DNA from: Candidatus Firestoneibacteriota bacterium
GTDB taxonomy: Bacteria > Oederibacteriota > D2-FULL-39-29 > JBDRBU01
Reading direction: 5' to 3'
NCBI GenBank assembly: GCA_043822305.1
Contig: JBDRBU010000100.1
Location: 1 to 61,259 of the forward strand
Length of the DNA stretch: 61,259 bases
A program made the position numbers and the translations under genes. Below, one piece after another: positions 26,257-36,001 of this stretch (its first letter is position 1; each line of letters opens with the position of its first letter). Below the pieces are notes generated by a model. That model saw only the letters and a list, made by a program, of their open reading frames with translations. It did not search any database and was not told the DNA's origin.

Positions 26257-27911
26257 AAGAAACTGTTTCAATGTTGCAAAATTTCATTAGTATCATGGAT
26301 TTGAAATTAAATATTTTTCAATTTATAGGTAAAATATCAACTTCTTCATTTGATTTAGATAAGATGTTGGATTCTATTATGGATATGATCATGGCTACTA
26401 TGAAAGTTGATGCAGGTTCTTTATTACTTTTGAACGAAGACACAGATTTATTAGAATTCAAAGTTGCTAAAGGGGAAAAAGGAGAAGATGTAAAAAAGTA
26501 TAAATTTGCTTTGGGAGAGGGTGTCGTAGGCTGGGTTACTCAAACGGGGAAATCACAAGTAGTTCCTGATGTCTTAAAAGATGATCATTTTAAAAGAGAT
26601 GTGGCTGAAGAAATAAAGTTCCCCATAGAAAACATTTTATGTGTCCCTTTAAAAATTCAGGAAAAAGTAATAGGTGTTATTGAAATAATGAACAAGTTTA
26701 ACAAAAAAAGATTTATAAAAGAAGATTTGGATTTACTTGAGTCTCTGGCCGGACAAATCTCTCTTATTATTCAGAATGCTAAATTGTTCCATGATTCTCA
26801 GCGAAAGATAGAAGTGCTTTCTACATTAATAAAAGTAAGCGCAATAATTAATTCCACTTTAAACCTTAATAAATTGTTAAATGAGGTTATGGAATCTGCC
26901 ACCCAACTACTTTTCGCTGAGACAAGTTCAATATTTCTAATTGACCAGGAGAAACAAGAATTGTATTTTGAAGTTGTAACCGGCAAAACAAAAGAAAGGG
27001 TTTCTCAAATTAGAATACCAATTTCAGAAGGGGTAGCCGGTTGGGTGGCAAGAACAGGCAAATCAATTTTAGTTCCAGATGTAACAAAAGATACCAGATT
27101 TTATAATAAAGTAGATGAAAAATCTAGTTTTAAGACAAAATCAATAATTGCTGTTCCCTTAAAAGTTAAAGAGAAAATTATAGGCGTTATTGAAGTTTTA
27201 AACAAAAAGGATGGTTCTCTCTTTTATCCATATGAATTAGAACTACTTGAATCTTTATCTGACCAATCTGCAGTAGCCATAGATAACGCTATGGTCCATA
27301 AAGAGTTGCAAGAGTTATTTTTAAACACAATTACCTCCTTAGCCAGAGCCATAGAATCCAAGGATGCGTATACAGGTGGTCATATAGATAGAATAGAAAA
27401 CTTTAGTCTGGCTATTGCTAATGAGTTAGATTTAACGATAGATGATAAAGAGAGAATAAGATGGGCCGCCCTATTTCATGATTTAGGTAAAATAGGTATA
27501 GATGAAGCAATTTTAAGAAAACCAGGAAAACTAACTAATGAGGAATATGAAGAGATAAAGAAACATCCACAACTTGGTGCGGATATTTTGAAACCAATAA
27601 AACAATTTAGCCATATTATCCCGGGTATTTTACATCATCAGGAAAGATGGGATGGTAAAGGATATCCTAATGGATTTAAAGGAGAAGCAATATCAATAGA
27701 TGGAAGAATTATTGCCGTAGCAGATACTTTTGATGCGATGACATCTGACAGACCTTATAGAAAAGGATTACCAAAAGAAATGGCTATAGGAGAAATAAAA
27801 AAATGTGCAGGAACTCAGTTCGACCCAAAAGTTGTTGAATCGTTTTTGAAATGTTGTGAAAAAAGAACAGTAGTTACAGAAAATGAGATGAAAGAAAAAC
27901 AAGATAAGTAA
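26223..27911 (+). CDS. GAF-GAF-HD-GYP protein (putative c-di-GMP phosphodiesterase)
   Basis: 562 aa. Two GAF-like units (..EGV.GWV..TG...V.DV..D..F..). HD-GYP motifs HDLGKIGI and HHQERWDGKGYP. Confidence 0.85.
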   Translation: MSSADPESKELKETVSMLQNFISIMDLKLNIFQFIGKISTSSFDLDKMLDSIMDMIMATMKVDAGSLLLLNEDTDLLEFKVAKGEKGEDVKKYKFALGEGVVGWVTQTGKSQVVPDVLKDDHFKRDVAEEIKFPIENILCVPLKIQEKVIGVIEIMNKFNKKRFIKEDLDLLESLAGQISLIIQNAKLFHDSQRKIEVLSTLIKVSAIINSTLNLNKLLNEVMESATQLLFAETSSIFLIDQEKQELYFEVVTGKTKERVSQIRIPISEGVAGWVARTGKSILVPDVTKDTRFYNKVDEKSSFKTKSIIAVPLKVKEKIIGVIEVLNKKDGSLFYPYELELLESLSDQSAVAIDNAMVHKELQELFLNTITSLARAIESKDAYTGGHIDRIENFSLAIANELDLTIDDKERIRWAALFHDLGKIGIDEAILRKPGKLTNEEYEEIKKHPQLGADILKPIKQFSHIIPGILHHQERWDGKGYPNGFKGEAISIDGRIIAVADTFDAMTSDRPYRKGLPKEMAIGEIKKCAGTQFDPKVVESFLKCCEKRTVVTENEMKEKQDK

Positions 27912-27920
27912 TATGTTGAA

Positions 27921-27942
27921 TCCTTACTGAATACCGTTATGG
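27921..27942 (+). repeat. Repeat family L copy
   Basis: tccttactgaataccgttatgg. See 18343-18363. Confidence 0.55.
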
Positions 27943-27997
27943 TGATTTGTCATTACGAAAGCAATAATGTAATACCATCGAGGTATTTTGAAGGGAT

Positions 27998-28036
27998 GAG
28001 ATTGCCGCGGTCGCCTTAAGCGACCTCGCCATGACA
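27998..28036 (+). repeat. Repeat family F copy
   Basis: gagattgccgcggtcgccttaagcgacctcgccatgaca. Hairpin ggtcgc-cttaa-gcgacc. See 7277-7316. Confidence 0.65.
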
Positions 28037-28084
28037 AATGACAAAGCAATGACAAAATAAAAGTTATTCCAACCAAAATAGTCA

Positions 28085-31000
28085 ATGAAACATACAGAAT
28101 TTGTTCACTTACATAACCATACTGAATACAGTTTGTTAGATGGTGCCTCAATGTTAAAGCCATTGATGGAGGCTGCAAGTAAATTAAGAATGCCGGCCTT
28201 AGCCATTACTGACCACGGTAATATGTTTGGTGTTATTGAGTTTTATAATCTTGCTTTAAAATATGGAATAAAACCAATAATAGGATGTGAGGTTTATATT
28301 GCTCCCTCTTCAAGGTTTGAAAAATCATCAGCTCACGGTATAGGGGAAGCTTCTTTTCATTTAGTGTTATTATGCAAGGATGAAATTGGATATAGAAATT
28401 TAATTAAGTTAGTCAGTCTGGGCTATATAGAAGGATTTTACTATAGACCTCGAATTGATAAAGAAATACTGTCTCAATATTCAGAAGGTTTGATAGGTAT
28501 GAGTTCTTGTTTGAAAGGAGAAATCCCCCAGCTAATCTTAAAAGGTAAATATGATGAGGCAAAAGAAGTTATATACAAGTTTAAAAATATTTTTGGTGAA
28601 GGTAATTTTTACTTAGAACTTGAGGATCATAATATACCAGACCAATATAAAGTTAATGAAAAGTTGGTAGAATATTCTAAAGAATTAAATGTTCCTGTCG
28701 TGGCAACCAATGACTGTCACTATATAAATAAAAATGACGCAAAAATTCATGATATTTTACTTTGTGTTCAAACTAAAAAGACATTAAATGATGCAGATAG
28801 AATGAGGTTTTCAACAGACGAGTTTTATTTAAAATCCGAAGAAGAGATGCAGAAAATATTCGGATTTGTTCCGGAATCAATTAAAAACACAATGGAGATT
28901 GCATCGAAATGTAATTTAATGTTGAAATTTGATAATCTTATTTTGCCTGATTACAAGATTCCAGATGGTGATCATGATTTAAATGAGTACTTAAACAAAC
29001 TTACACAGCATGGGGTGAAAAGTCGTTTTGGAGAGAGTCCGGAACAGGAAGTTATTGATAGAGTAAAACATGAATTAGATATAATAAAAAAATTAAATTT
29101 TGCTGGATATTTTTTAATAGTCTGGGATATTATTAAATATGCTAAGGAGAAGAATATAATGGTTGGTTGTGGAAGAGGTTCTGTTGCTGGAAGTATGGTA
29201 GCCTATTGTCTGGGGATAACAGAGATAAATTCTTTAAATTATGGTTTATTTTTTGAAAGATTTTTAAATCCAGATAGAATTAGTCCTCCGGATATAGATG
29301 TTGATTTTGAAGATGGCCGAAGAGATGAGATTATAGAATATGTTACTTCTAAGTATGGTAAAGACAATGTGGCACAGATAATTACATTTGGAACATTAAA
29401 AAGGAAAGCAGCCGTTAAGGCGGTTGGTAGAGTGTTAGGAATGAATTTTCAGGATGTTAATAAACTTACAAAGATGATACCTAATAGAATACAAAGTGAC
29501 GAGGATGAAGAGGATAAATTAACATTAAAAGAAGTTGTAAAAAAAATTAAAGAATTAAATAATTTTGTTAATAAGGACGAGTCCATTAAAACTTTAATTG
29601 ATTATGCTGCTAATTTAGAAGGAATAAAAAGTAATGTATCAACTCATGCCGCCGGTGTGGTTATAGCCAGAGATTCTTTAATCAACCATCTTCCACTTTA
29701 TAAAGAGTCAAAAGAACATTCGGTTGTTATTACTCAGTTTGAAAAAGATTGTATAGAAAAGATTGGATTACTTAAAATGGATTTTCTTGCCTTAAAAACG
29801 CTTACGGTTATGAAAGAAACGATGGAGAATATTTTAAGGAGTTACAATATAAAGATAGAGATAAATAAAATACCCATTGATGATGAAAAGACTTATAATT
29901 TATTATGCGAAGCAAAGTCCGACGGGGTTTTTCAATTAGAAAGTGAGGGAATGAAAGATTTGCTCAGGAAATTTAAACCTAAATCCGTAAAAGATATAAT
30001 GGCTGTAATTGCACTCTACAGGCCTGGTCCTATGCATTTTTTAGATGAATTTGTAAAGAGGAGACACGGGTTAATTCCTATTAAGTATGAGCATTCTGAT
30101 TTAGAGGAGATATTAAAAGAAACATATGGAATTATGCTCTATCAAGAACAAGTTATGCAAATTGCAGTCCGACTTGCAGGATTCTCTATGTCTCAAGCAG
30201 ATGTTTTAAGAAAAGCTATGTCAAAAAAGAATCCAGAAGTTATGGAAAAACAAAGACTCTCATTTTTAAAAGGTACAAGAGAAAAAGGAATTTCTTCTTT
30301 GAAAGCAGAGAAAATTTTTGATGATATGGCCAGATTTGCTGGTTACGGATTTAATAAATCTCATTCAGCTTCTTACGCCTTACTTGCTTATCAGACTGCT
30401 TATTTAAAGGCACATTTTCCCTTAGAGTATTATGCGGCACTTTTAACTTCGGGAATTGGAGATAATGAAAAAATATCTTCTTATATAAAAGAATGCAGAA
30501 AAGCAGGAATAGAAATTCATCCTCCAGATGTAAATAAATGTTTTACTAGTTTTACAGTTATTGATAAAAAAATTTATTTCGGGTTATCGGCCATAAAAAA
30601 TATTGGAAAATCCGCCAGTGATTCTATTGTAGAAGGTAGAGAAAAAGGAGAATATTCTTCTTTATTGGATTTTTGTGATAAAGTTGATTTAAGATTGGTC
30701 AATAAGGAAGTTGTAGAGAGTTTAATAAAATGCGGAGCATTCGATTCCTTGAAGATTAAAAGGTTACAACTTACGAGTATAATTGATGAAACTATTGAGA
30801 AAGCACAGAAAATTCAGGAGATGAAATTATCTGGACAGGAATTTCTTTTTGATAATTTATTAGAGGCGGAAAAGAAAAATTTTAGTGATGAAGAATATCT
30901 CGAAGACAAGTTACTTGGTTTTGAAAAAGAACTTTTGGGAGTTTATTTATCAGGGCATCCTTTAGTTAAATACGAAGAGCAAATAAAACGATTTACAACA

Positions 31001-31564
31001 GTTGATAGTTTAAATATAAGAAATTTAAGTGATGGAAGTGAAGTGACCATAGGCGGTATTATAAATAAAGTTAATCGTAAAACAACAAAAAAAAATGAAG
31101 GGATGGCCATAGTATCTTTGGAAGATTTAATGGGCGTGGTCGAGGTTATAATCTTTCCAACGCTCTATAAGGATATTGGAAATAAGATATTTGAAGAATC
31201 TATGGTGATTATAAAAGGTAAGGTTGATTTTGAAGAAACAATAGGAGATGAAACAGAAACCAATAAAATTAAGATTAGAGCAGAAGAAGTAATATTTTTA
31301 GAAGAAGCAGATGAAAAATTAAGCAAGAAAGTTCATATAAAACTCTTTATACCTGGTTTAGAAGAATCAGCATTGGTAGAGTTAAAGCAGAATTTGTTGA
31401 AATTTAAAAATAATGGGACCTGCCAGGTTTTTTTACATTTTTTTAAGTCAGCAGATGAGGAAGTTTCTATAGTTGAAACACAGATTAAAGTTTTACCTTC
31501 AAAGGAACTGTCTAATTATGTGGAAAGCACTTTTGGAGAAGGTAGTATTTGGTTTGGTGAGTGA
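28085..31564 (+). CDS. dnaE: DNA polymerase III alpha subunit
   Basis: 1159 aa. PHP domain HLHNHTEYSLLDGA, polymerase core, OB fold near the C-terminus. Confidence 0.97.
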   Translation: MKHTEFVHLHNHTEYSLLDGASMLKPLMEAASKLRMPALAITDHGNMFGVIEFYNLALKYGIKPIIGCEVYIAPSSRFEKSSAHGIGEASFHLVLLCKDEIGYRNLIKLVSLGYIEGFYYRPRIDKEILSQYSEGLIGMSSCLKGEIPQLILKGKYDEAKEVIYKFKNIFGEGNFYLELEDHNIPDQYKVNEKLVEYSKELNVPVVATNDCHYINKNDAKIHDILLCVQTKKTLNDADRMRFSTDEFYLKSEEEMQKIFGFVPESIKNTMEIASKCNLMLKFDNLILPDYKIPDGDHDLNEYLNKLTQHGVKSRFGESPEQEVIDRVKHELDIIKKLNFAGYFLIVWDIIKYAKEKNIMVGCGRGSVAGSMVAYCLGITEINSLNYGLFFERFLNPDRISPPDIDVDFEDGRRDEIIEYVTSKYGKDNVAQIITFGTLKRKAAVKAVGRVLGMNFQDVNKLTKMIPNRIQSDEDEEDKLTLKEVVKKIKELNNFVNKDESIKTLIDYAANLEGIKSNVSTHAAGVVIARDSLINHLPLYKESKEHSVVITQFEKDCIEKIGLLKMDFLALKTLTVMKETMENILRSYNIKIEINKIPIDDEKTYNLLCEAKSDGVFQLESEGMKDLLRKFKPKSVKDIMAVIALYRPGPMHFLDEFVKRRHGLIPIKYEHSDLEEILKETYGIMLYQEQVMQIAVRLAGFSMSQADVLRKAMSKKNPEVMEKQRLSFLKGTREKGISSLKAEKIFDDMARFAGYGFNKSHSASYALLAYQTAYLKAHFPLEYYAALLTSGIGDNEKISSYIKECRKAGIEIHPPDVNKCFTSFTVIDKKIYFGLSAIKNIGKSASDSIVEGREKGEYSSLLDFCDKVDLRLVNKEVVESLIKCGAFDSLKIKRLQLTSIIDETIEKAQKIQEMKLSGQEFLFDNLLEAEKKNFSDEEYLEDKLLGFEKELLGVYLSGHPLVKYEEQIKRFTTVDSLNIRNLSDGSEVTIGGIINKVNRKTTKKNEGMAIVSLEDLMGVVEVIIFPTLYKDIGNKIFEESMVIIKGKVDFEETIGDETETNKIKIRAEEVIFLEEADEKLSKKVHIKLFIPGLEESALVELKQNLLKFKNNGTCQVFLHFFKSADEEVSIVETQIKVLPSKELSNYVESTFGEGSIWFGE

Positions 31565-31567
31565 AAA

Positions 31568-32347
31568 ATGGAAAATAAAAAACAAAAAGTTATAACAGAG
31601 ATATTTAGAATTTGTAAAGAAAAAAACCATTTTGTCTTTCATAATGATTTAGTAAAAAAGGTAAGCAAGAAATATAAATTTGGGAATCCTTTTGATGTTA
31701 CAAAACTTGATACATTAGATAAATTCCCTGAAATTTTGATTAAAAACAACTACTTTATTCTTCATCAAGGTAAAGGAGAACATAAATTTATTAAAGGTAT
31801 TGAAAAAGCATTCCATAAGTTTGAAAAAATACCAGCAGAGAATATAATTAATAAAGAATATAAAAAAAGTATTTTAAATGAATATGACACTAGTGAATCA
31901 AATATGCTTTCCGTTGGAAGTAATTTAAAAATATTTCATCAGTTTTTATATGAATCTGATGAAATAATACCAAAAATTTATTTTCCAAGAAGAACAAAAA
32001 CAAGTTTTGAATATTATTTTGATAAAGAAAAAGTTGTAATGAAAAATATACAGATGGAAATAGATTTGACTATGGAATATAATGGTATGGTTACTGTTTT
32101 TGAAGGTAAAAATGGATTACCAGAAAATTTTGCTATTTATCAATTATTTCATCCTTTTAAATATTTTTCTAATATAAAAAAAGAAAATAAATTACCAATA
32201 GAAAACATTACAGCTTGTTATGTTTTACGATTCAAAGAAAACAATAATTCTATTTTGAAACTTTATAATTATACATTTGAAGATGAAAATAATATTTGTT
32301 CAATAAAATTATTAAAAAAAGTCCAATATAATCTCATTGGTAGGTAA
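31568..32347 (+). CDS. putative type II restriction endonuclease (PD-(D/E)XK-like)
   Basis: 259 aa with no recognised family. Candidate catalytic stretch ..MEIDLTMEYNGMVTVFEGKN.. (D..E.K). Starts 3 nt after the dnaE stop and sits just upstream of a methyltransferase. Confidence 0.5.
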   Translation: MENKKQKVITEIFRICKEKNHFVFHNDLVKKVSKKYKFGNPFDVTKLDTLDKFPEILIKNNYFILHQGKGEHKFIKGIEKAFHKFEKIPAENIINKEYKKSILNEYDTSESNMLSVGSNLKIFHQFLYESDEIIPKIYFPRRTKTSFEYYFDKEKVVMKNIQMEIDLTMEYNGMVTVFEGKNGLPENFAIYQLFHPFKYFSNIKKENKLPIENITACYVLRFKENNNSILKLYNYTFEDENNICSIKLLKKVQYNLIGR

Positions 32348-32351
32348 TAAA

Positions 32352-33209
32352 ATGATGAAATTTCTAAATAAAGTATTTTTAATGGATATAATGAAACTTT
32401 TGAAGGAATTACCAGATAAAAGTGTTGATATGGTTTATGGAGATCCTGATTATAATGTTGGGATAAAATATGGTGATAAATCGTATACCAAAAATTTTGA
32501 CGAATATATTGAATGGTATATTGAATTGGCAAGAGAATCTTTAAGGGTTTTAAAAGATACAGGAAATATGTTTTTAATTAATTATCCTAAACAGAACGCA
32601 TATCTAAGAGTTAAATTTTTAGATGAAATATGTTATGAGGTTTTGGATTATGCTTGGGTGTACAATACTAATGTGGGGCATAGTCCCAATAGATTTACAA
32701 CTGCACATAGAAGTATTTTGCATTGTCGTAAGACAAAAAATAACAATTTCTATAAAAACAATGTAGCAGTTCCATATCAAAATCCAACAGATAAAAGAAT
32801 ATTAGGGAACATAACTAATGGTTCAAAAGGAAGAATGCCTTACGATTGGTTTTATTTTAATCTAGTAAAAAATGTAAGTCAAGAAAAAACATTTCATGCT
32901 TGTCAAATACCTCAAAAACTTTCTGAAATGTTGATAAAAAGTTGTACTATAAAAGATGATGTAGTTTTAATTCTTTTTGGTGGTAGTGGTTCAGAAGTTG
33001 AAGTATGTAAAATATTAAAAAGGCAATATATATCTTCTGAGATTGATGAAAAGTATTACAAAATGATATTAGATAGATTAAATAATGGTAGGATAAATGA
33101 AACATATAAACTAAAGTTTAAAAAATATGATACAAAGAATATGTCAGCACAACTTGCATTATTAGAAAAACAAAATGTTTACCTTTCAAATAATAAAAGG
33201 TCCAAATAA
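32352..33209 (+). CDS. beta-class N4-cytosine/N6-adenine DNA methyltransferase
   Basis: Motif IV DPDY (GDPDYNVG) lies N-terminal and SAM motif I FGGSGSE lies C-terminal. HACQIPQKL is an HPTQKP-like motif. The ATG at 32352 is 5 nt after the REase stop. The tracked ORF opens at TTG 32337. Confidence 0.8.
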   Translation: MMKFLNKVFLMDIMKLLKELPDKSVDMVYGDPDYNVGIKYGDKSYTKNFDEYIEWYIELARESLRVLKDTGNMFLINYPKQNAYLRVKFLDEICYEVLDYAWVYNTNVGHSPNRFTTAHRSILHCRKTKNNNFYKNNVAVPYQNPTDKRILGNITNGSKGRMPYDWFYFNLVKNVSQEKTFHACQIPQKLSEMLIKSCTIKDDVVLILFGGSGSEVEVCKILKRQYISSEIDEKYYKMILDRLNNGRINETYKLKFKKYDTKNMSAQLALLEKQNVYLSNNKRSK

Positions 33210-33228
33210 ATTGTTAAGGAGTTTTATT

Positions 33229-33681
33229 ATGATAGAAAAAGCAAAAGTAAAAGATGGATTGGAGATTCAGAAATTAATAAATATTTATGCTAAAGAAGGC
33301 AAGATGTTAGAACGTGCAATTTTAGAGATTTACGAGAGTATAAGAGATTTTTTTGTTTATAAAAAATCGGGCAAGATAATAGGTGTTGCTGCCTTAACTA
33401 TATGCTGGTCGGATTTAGCGGAAATCAGGTCATTAGCCGTTGTAAAATCTGAATCAAATAAAGGTCTAGGAGAAAAATTAGTTAAAGAATGTCTGAATGA
33501 GGCAAAAAAATTAGGCATCAAAAAAGTTTTTGTTTTAACTTACATACCTGAATATTTTTATGAATTTGGGTTTAAAAAAGTTGACCGGAATGATTTACCT
33601 CATAAAATTTGGAAGGACTGTGTTAAATGTTCTAAGTTTCCGGATTGTGGCGAAGTTCCAATGGTTAAGGAGATTAGATGA
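33229..33681 (+). CDS. GNAT N-acetyltransferase (short ArgA-like)
   Basis: About 150 aa. The acetyl-CoA motif region reads ..EIRSLAV....NKGLGEKLV.. Cys-rich tail CVKCSKFPDC. Start set at the ATG at 33229. Confidence 0.7.
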   Translation: MIEKAKVKDGLEIQKLINIYAKEGKMLERAILEIYESIRDFFVYKKSGKIIGVAALTICWSDLAEIRSLAVVKSESNKGLGEKLVKECLNEAKKLGIKKVFVLTYIPEYFYEFGFKKVDRNDLPHKIWKDCVKCSKFPDCGEVPMVKEIR

Positions 33682-34946
33682 AAATTCTAATTGTTGGAAG
33701 TGGAGGAAGAGAGCATGCTCTAGTTTATAAATTGAGCAAAAGTCCAAAGACAAAAAAAATTTATTGTGCACCTGGTAATGCAGGAATTTCCGAGATGGCA
33801 GAATGTGTCCATATTAAAGTAGACGATATAAATGGATTGGTTAAATTTGCAGAAGAAAATAAGATTGATTTAACAGTAGTGGGTCCAGAACTTCCACTTT
33901 CATTAGGGATAGTAGATGTTTTTGAAAAAGAAGGTTTATTGATATTTGGTCCATCACGAGAAGCATCTCTTTTAGAATCTTCTAAATCATTTGCTAAAGA
34001 TTTTATGAAAAGATTTAGTATTCCCACAGGTAGTTATGAAATATTTTATGAAAAAGATGAAGCAATTGATTATATTAAAAAAGGCAAGTTTCCAGTTGTA
34101 ATAAAAGCAGATGGTCTCGCTTCTGGCAAAGGTGTTATTATTGTAAAAACTATTGAAGAAGCAAATCAAGCCCTAGAAGAAATTTTAGTTAAAAAGGTTT
34201 TTGGTAATGCCGGCCATAAAATTGTAATAGAAGAATTTTTAGAAGGTGAAGAGGTTACATTTTTAGCATTTGTTGATGGGAAAACATTTATACCCATGGT
34301 ATCTTCTCAGGACCATAAAAGAGTATTTGATAATGATGAAGGTCCAAATACAGGAGGCATGGGAGCATATTCACCAGTATCTGTCTTGAAAAAACAGATA
34401 GAAGATGATATAATAAATAAAATACTTTATCAGACTGTTTTTGGTATGAGCAGTCTGGGTAAAGAATACAAAGGCGTTTTATATCTGGGTTTAATGTTAA
34501 CTAAAGAAGGTCCTAAACTATTGGAGTATAACTGTCGGTTTGGTGACCCTGAAACTCAGGTTGTTTTACCAAGGTTAAAGTCTGATTTAGTTGATGTAAT
34601 TATGGCTACTTCTACATGTAAGTTAAATGAGATAAATGTAATATGGGATGAAAAACCTGCTGTATGTGTTGTTCTTGCTTCAGGTGGATATCCGGGTAAA
34701 TATGAAAATGGTAAGGAAATAAAAGGTTTGGATGAAGTTAAAAAACTAAAAGATATTTTTGTATTTCATTCTGGCACGGCAAGAAAAGATGGCAAGATAG
34801 TAACTAACGGAGGCAGAGTTTTAGGTGTAACTGGTATAGGTGATAATTTAAGGCAGACAGTGGATAAAGTATATTCTGCCATTGATAAAATCCATTTTGA
34901 CGGAAGGCATTATAGAAAAGATATAGCCAAAAAAGCGTTTAGGTAA
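33678..34946 (+). CDS. purD: phosphoribosylamine-glycine ligase
   Basis: 422 aa. MKILIVGSGGREHAL N-terminus and ATP-grasp core. Confidence 0.96.
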   Translation: MKILIVGSGGREHALVYKLSKSPKTKKIYCAPGNAGISEMAECVHIKVDDINGLVKFAEENKIDLTVVGPELPLSLGIVDVFEKEGLLIFGPSREASLLESSKSFAKDFMKRFSIPTGSYEIFYEKDEAIDYIKKGKFPVVIKADGLASGKGVIIVKTIEEANQALEEILVKKVFGNAGHKIVIEEFLEGEEVTFLAFVDGKTFIPMVSSQDHKRVFDNDEGPNTGGMGAYSPVSVLKKQIEDDIINKILYQTVFGMSSLGKEYKGVLYLGLMLTKEGPKLLEYNCRFGDPETQVVLPRLKSDLVDVIMATSTCKLNEINVIWDEKPAVCVVLASGGYPGKYENGKEIKGLDEVKKLKDIFVFHSGTARKDGKIVTNGGRVLGVTGIGDNLRQTVDKVYSAIDKIHFDGRHYRKDIAKKAFR

Positions 34947-35002
34947 AACAGCTACTATTTTTATGAATGTCAAATATCAAGGGCTGACCCCAACAAGGAG
35001 GG

Positions 35003-35971
35003 ATGATGACTATAGAGTACAAATTAACAAGAGAAGCAATGGGTGAAACACTTGTTAAGTTAGGAAAAATAAATAAAAATATTGTAGTTTTAGATGCAGA
35101 TTTATCAAAATCTACAATGACCAATAAATTTGCAAAAGAATTTCCTGATAGATTTTTTGATATGGGTATAGCCGAACAGGATATGATAACAACCTCAGCC
35201 GGTTTAGCCTTAACAGGAAAAATCCCATTTTGTGCTACATATGGAGTATTTTTACCAGGTAGATGCTGGGATCAGGTAAGAATATCTGTCTGTTATTCAA
35301 ATTTAAATGTAAAATTATGTTGCGCCCATGGTGGTGTATCTGTTGGGGCTGATGGTGCCACTCACCAGGCGTTGGAAGATGTAGCCTTGCTGAGGTGCTT
35401 ACCAAATATGGTAATTATTATGCCTGCGGATGCAATTGAAATGGTAAAATGTGTTGAAGCAGTAGCAAAGTATGTAGGCCCAGTAGCCATAAGATTTGGA
35501 CGAGAAAAAGTTCCAATAATTACTAAGCCAGAGGATGTATTTGAAATTGGCAAGGCAAATCTTATAAGAGAGGGTTCTGATGTAACTATAATTGGTTCAG
35601 GAGGATTAATTCTTTATGAGTGTCTGTTAGCCGCAGAAGAGCTTGCCAAAAAGAAAATATCAGTTAGAATAATAAATATGCATACTATAAAGCCTATAGA
35701 TGAAAGTGCAATTATTAAAGCAGCAAAGGAAACAGGAGCAATCGTTACCGCAGAAGAACATCAGGTTATGGGAGGATTAGGTTCTGCTATAGCCGAAGTA
35801 GTTGTTAAAAATACGACGGTGCCTATGGAGTTTATCGGGATTCAGGATAGATTTGGCGAGTCTGGAACTCCCAGAGAGCTATTTGATGAGTTTGAACTAA
35901 GTGCGAAGTTTATACAGCAAGCGGTGGAAAAAGTATTAAAGAGGAAAAATAGAAATGATCGTCCCATATAA
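35003..35971 (+). CDS. transketolase, C-terminal (pyrimidine-binding) subunit
   Basis: 322 aa. ..FFDMGIAEQ.M...AGLA..G..PF..TY.VF.. pattern. No N-terminal subunit gene is adjacent. Confidence 0.85.
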   Translation: MMTIEYKLTREAMGETLVKLGKINKNIVVLDADLSKSTMTNKFAKEFPDRFFDMGIAEQDMITTSAGLALTGKIPFCATYGVFLPGRCWDQVRISVCYSNLNVKLCCAHGGVSVGADGATHQALEDVALLRCLPNMVIIMPADAIEMVKCVEAVAKYVGPVAIRFGREKVPIITKPEDVFEIGKANLIREGSDVTIIGSGGLILYECLLAAEELAKKKISVRIINMHTIKPIDESAIIKAAKETGAIVTAEEHQVMGGLGSAIAEVVVKNTTVPMEFIGIQDRFGESGTPRELFDEFELSAKFIQQAVEKVLKRKNRNDRPI

Positions 35972-35984
35972 AATGGGACGCTAC
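35960..35984 (+). repeat. REP family B copy
   Basis: cgtcccatataaaatgggacgctac. Supplies the last codons (RPI) and the TAA stop of the transketolase ORF. Confidence 0.8.
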
Positions 35985-36001
35985 AAAAAATTAAGGAGAA
36001 T

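Noticed and set aside
27924-28178. 84-aa minus-strand ORF spanning the spacer before dnaE
   Set aside because: It is assembled from repeat families L and F and runs into the dnaE start. The open frame is a by-product of the repeats.
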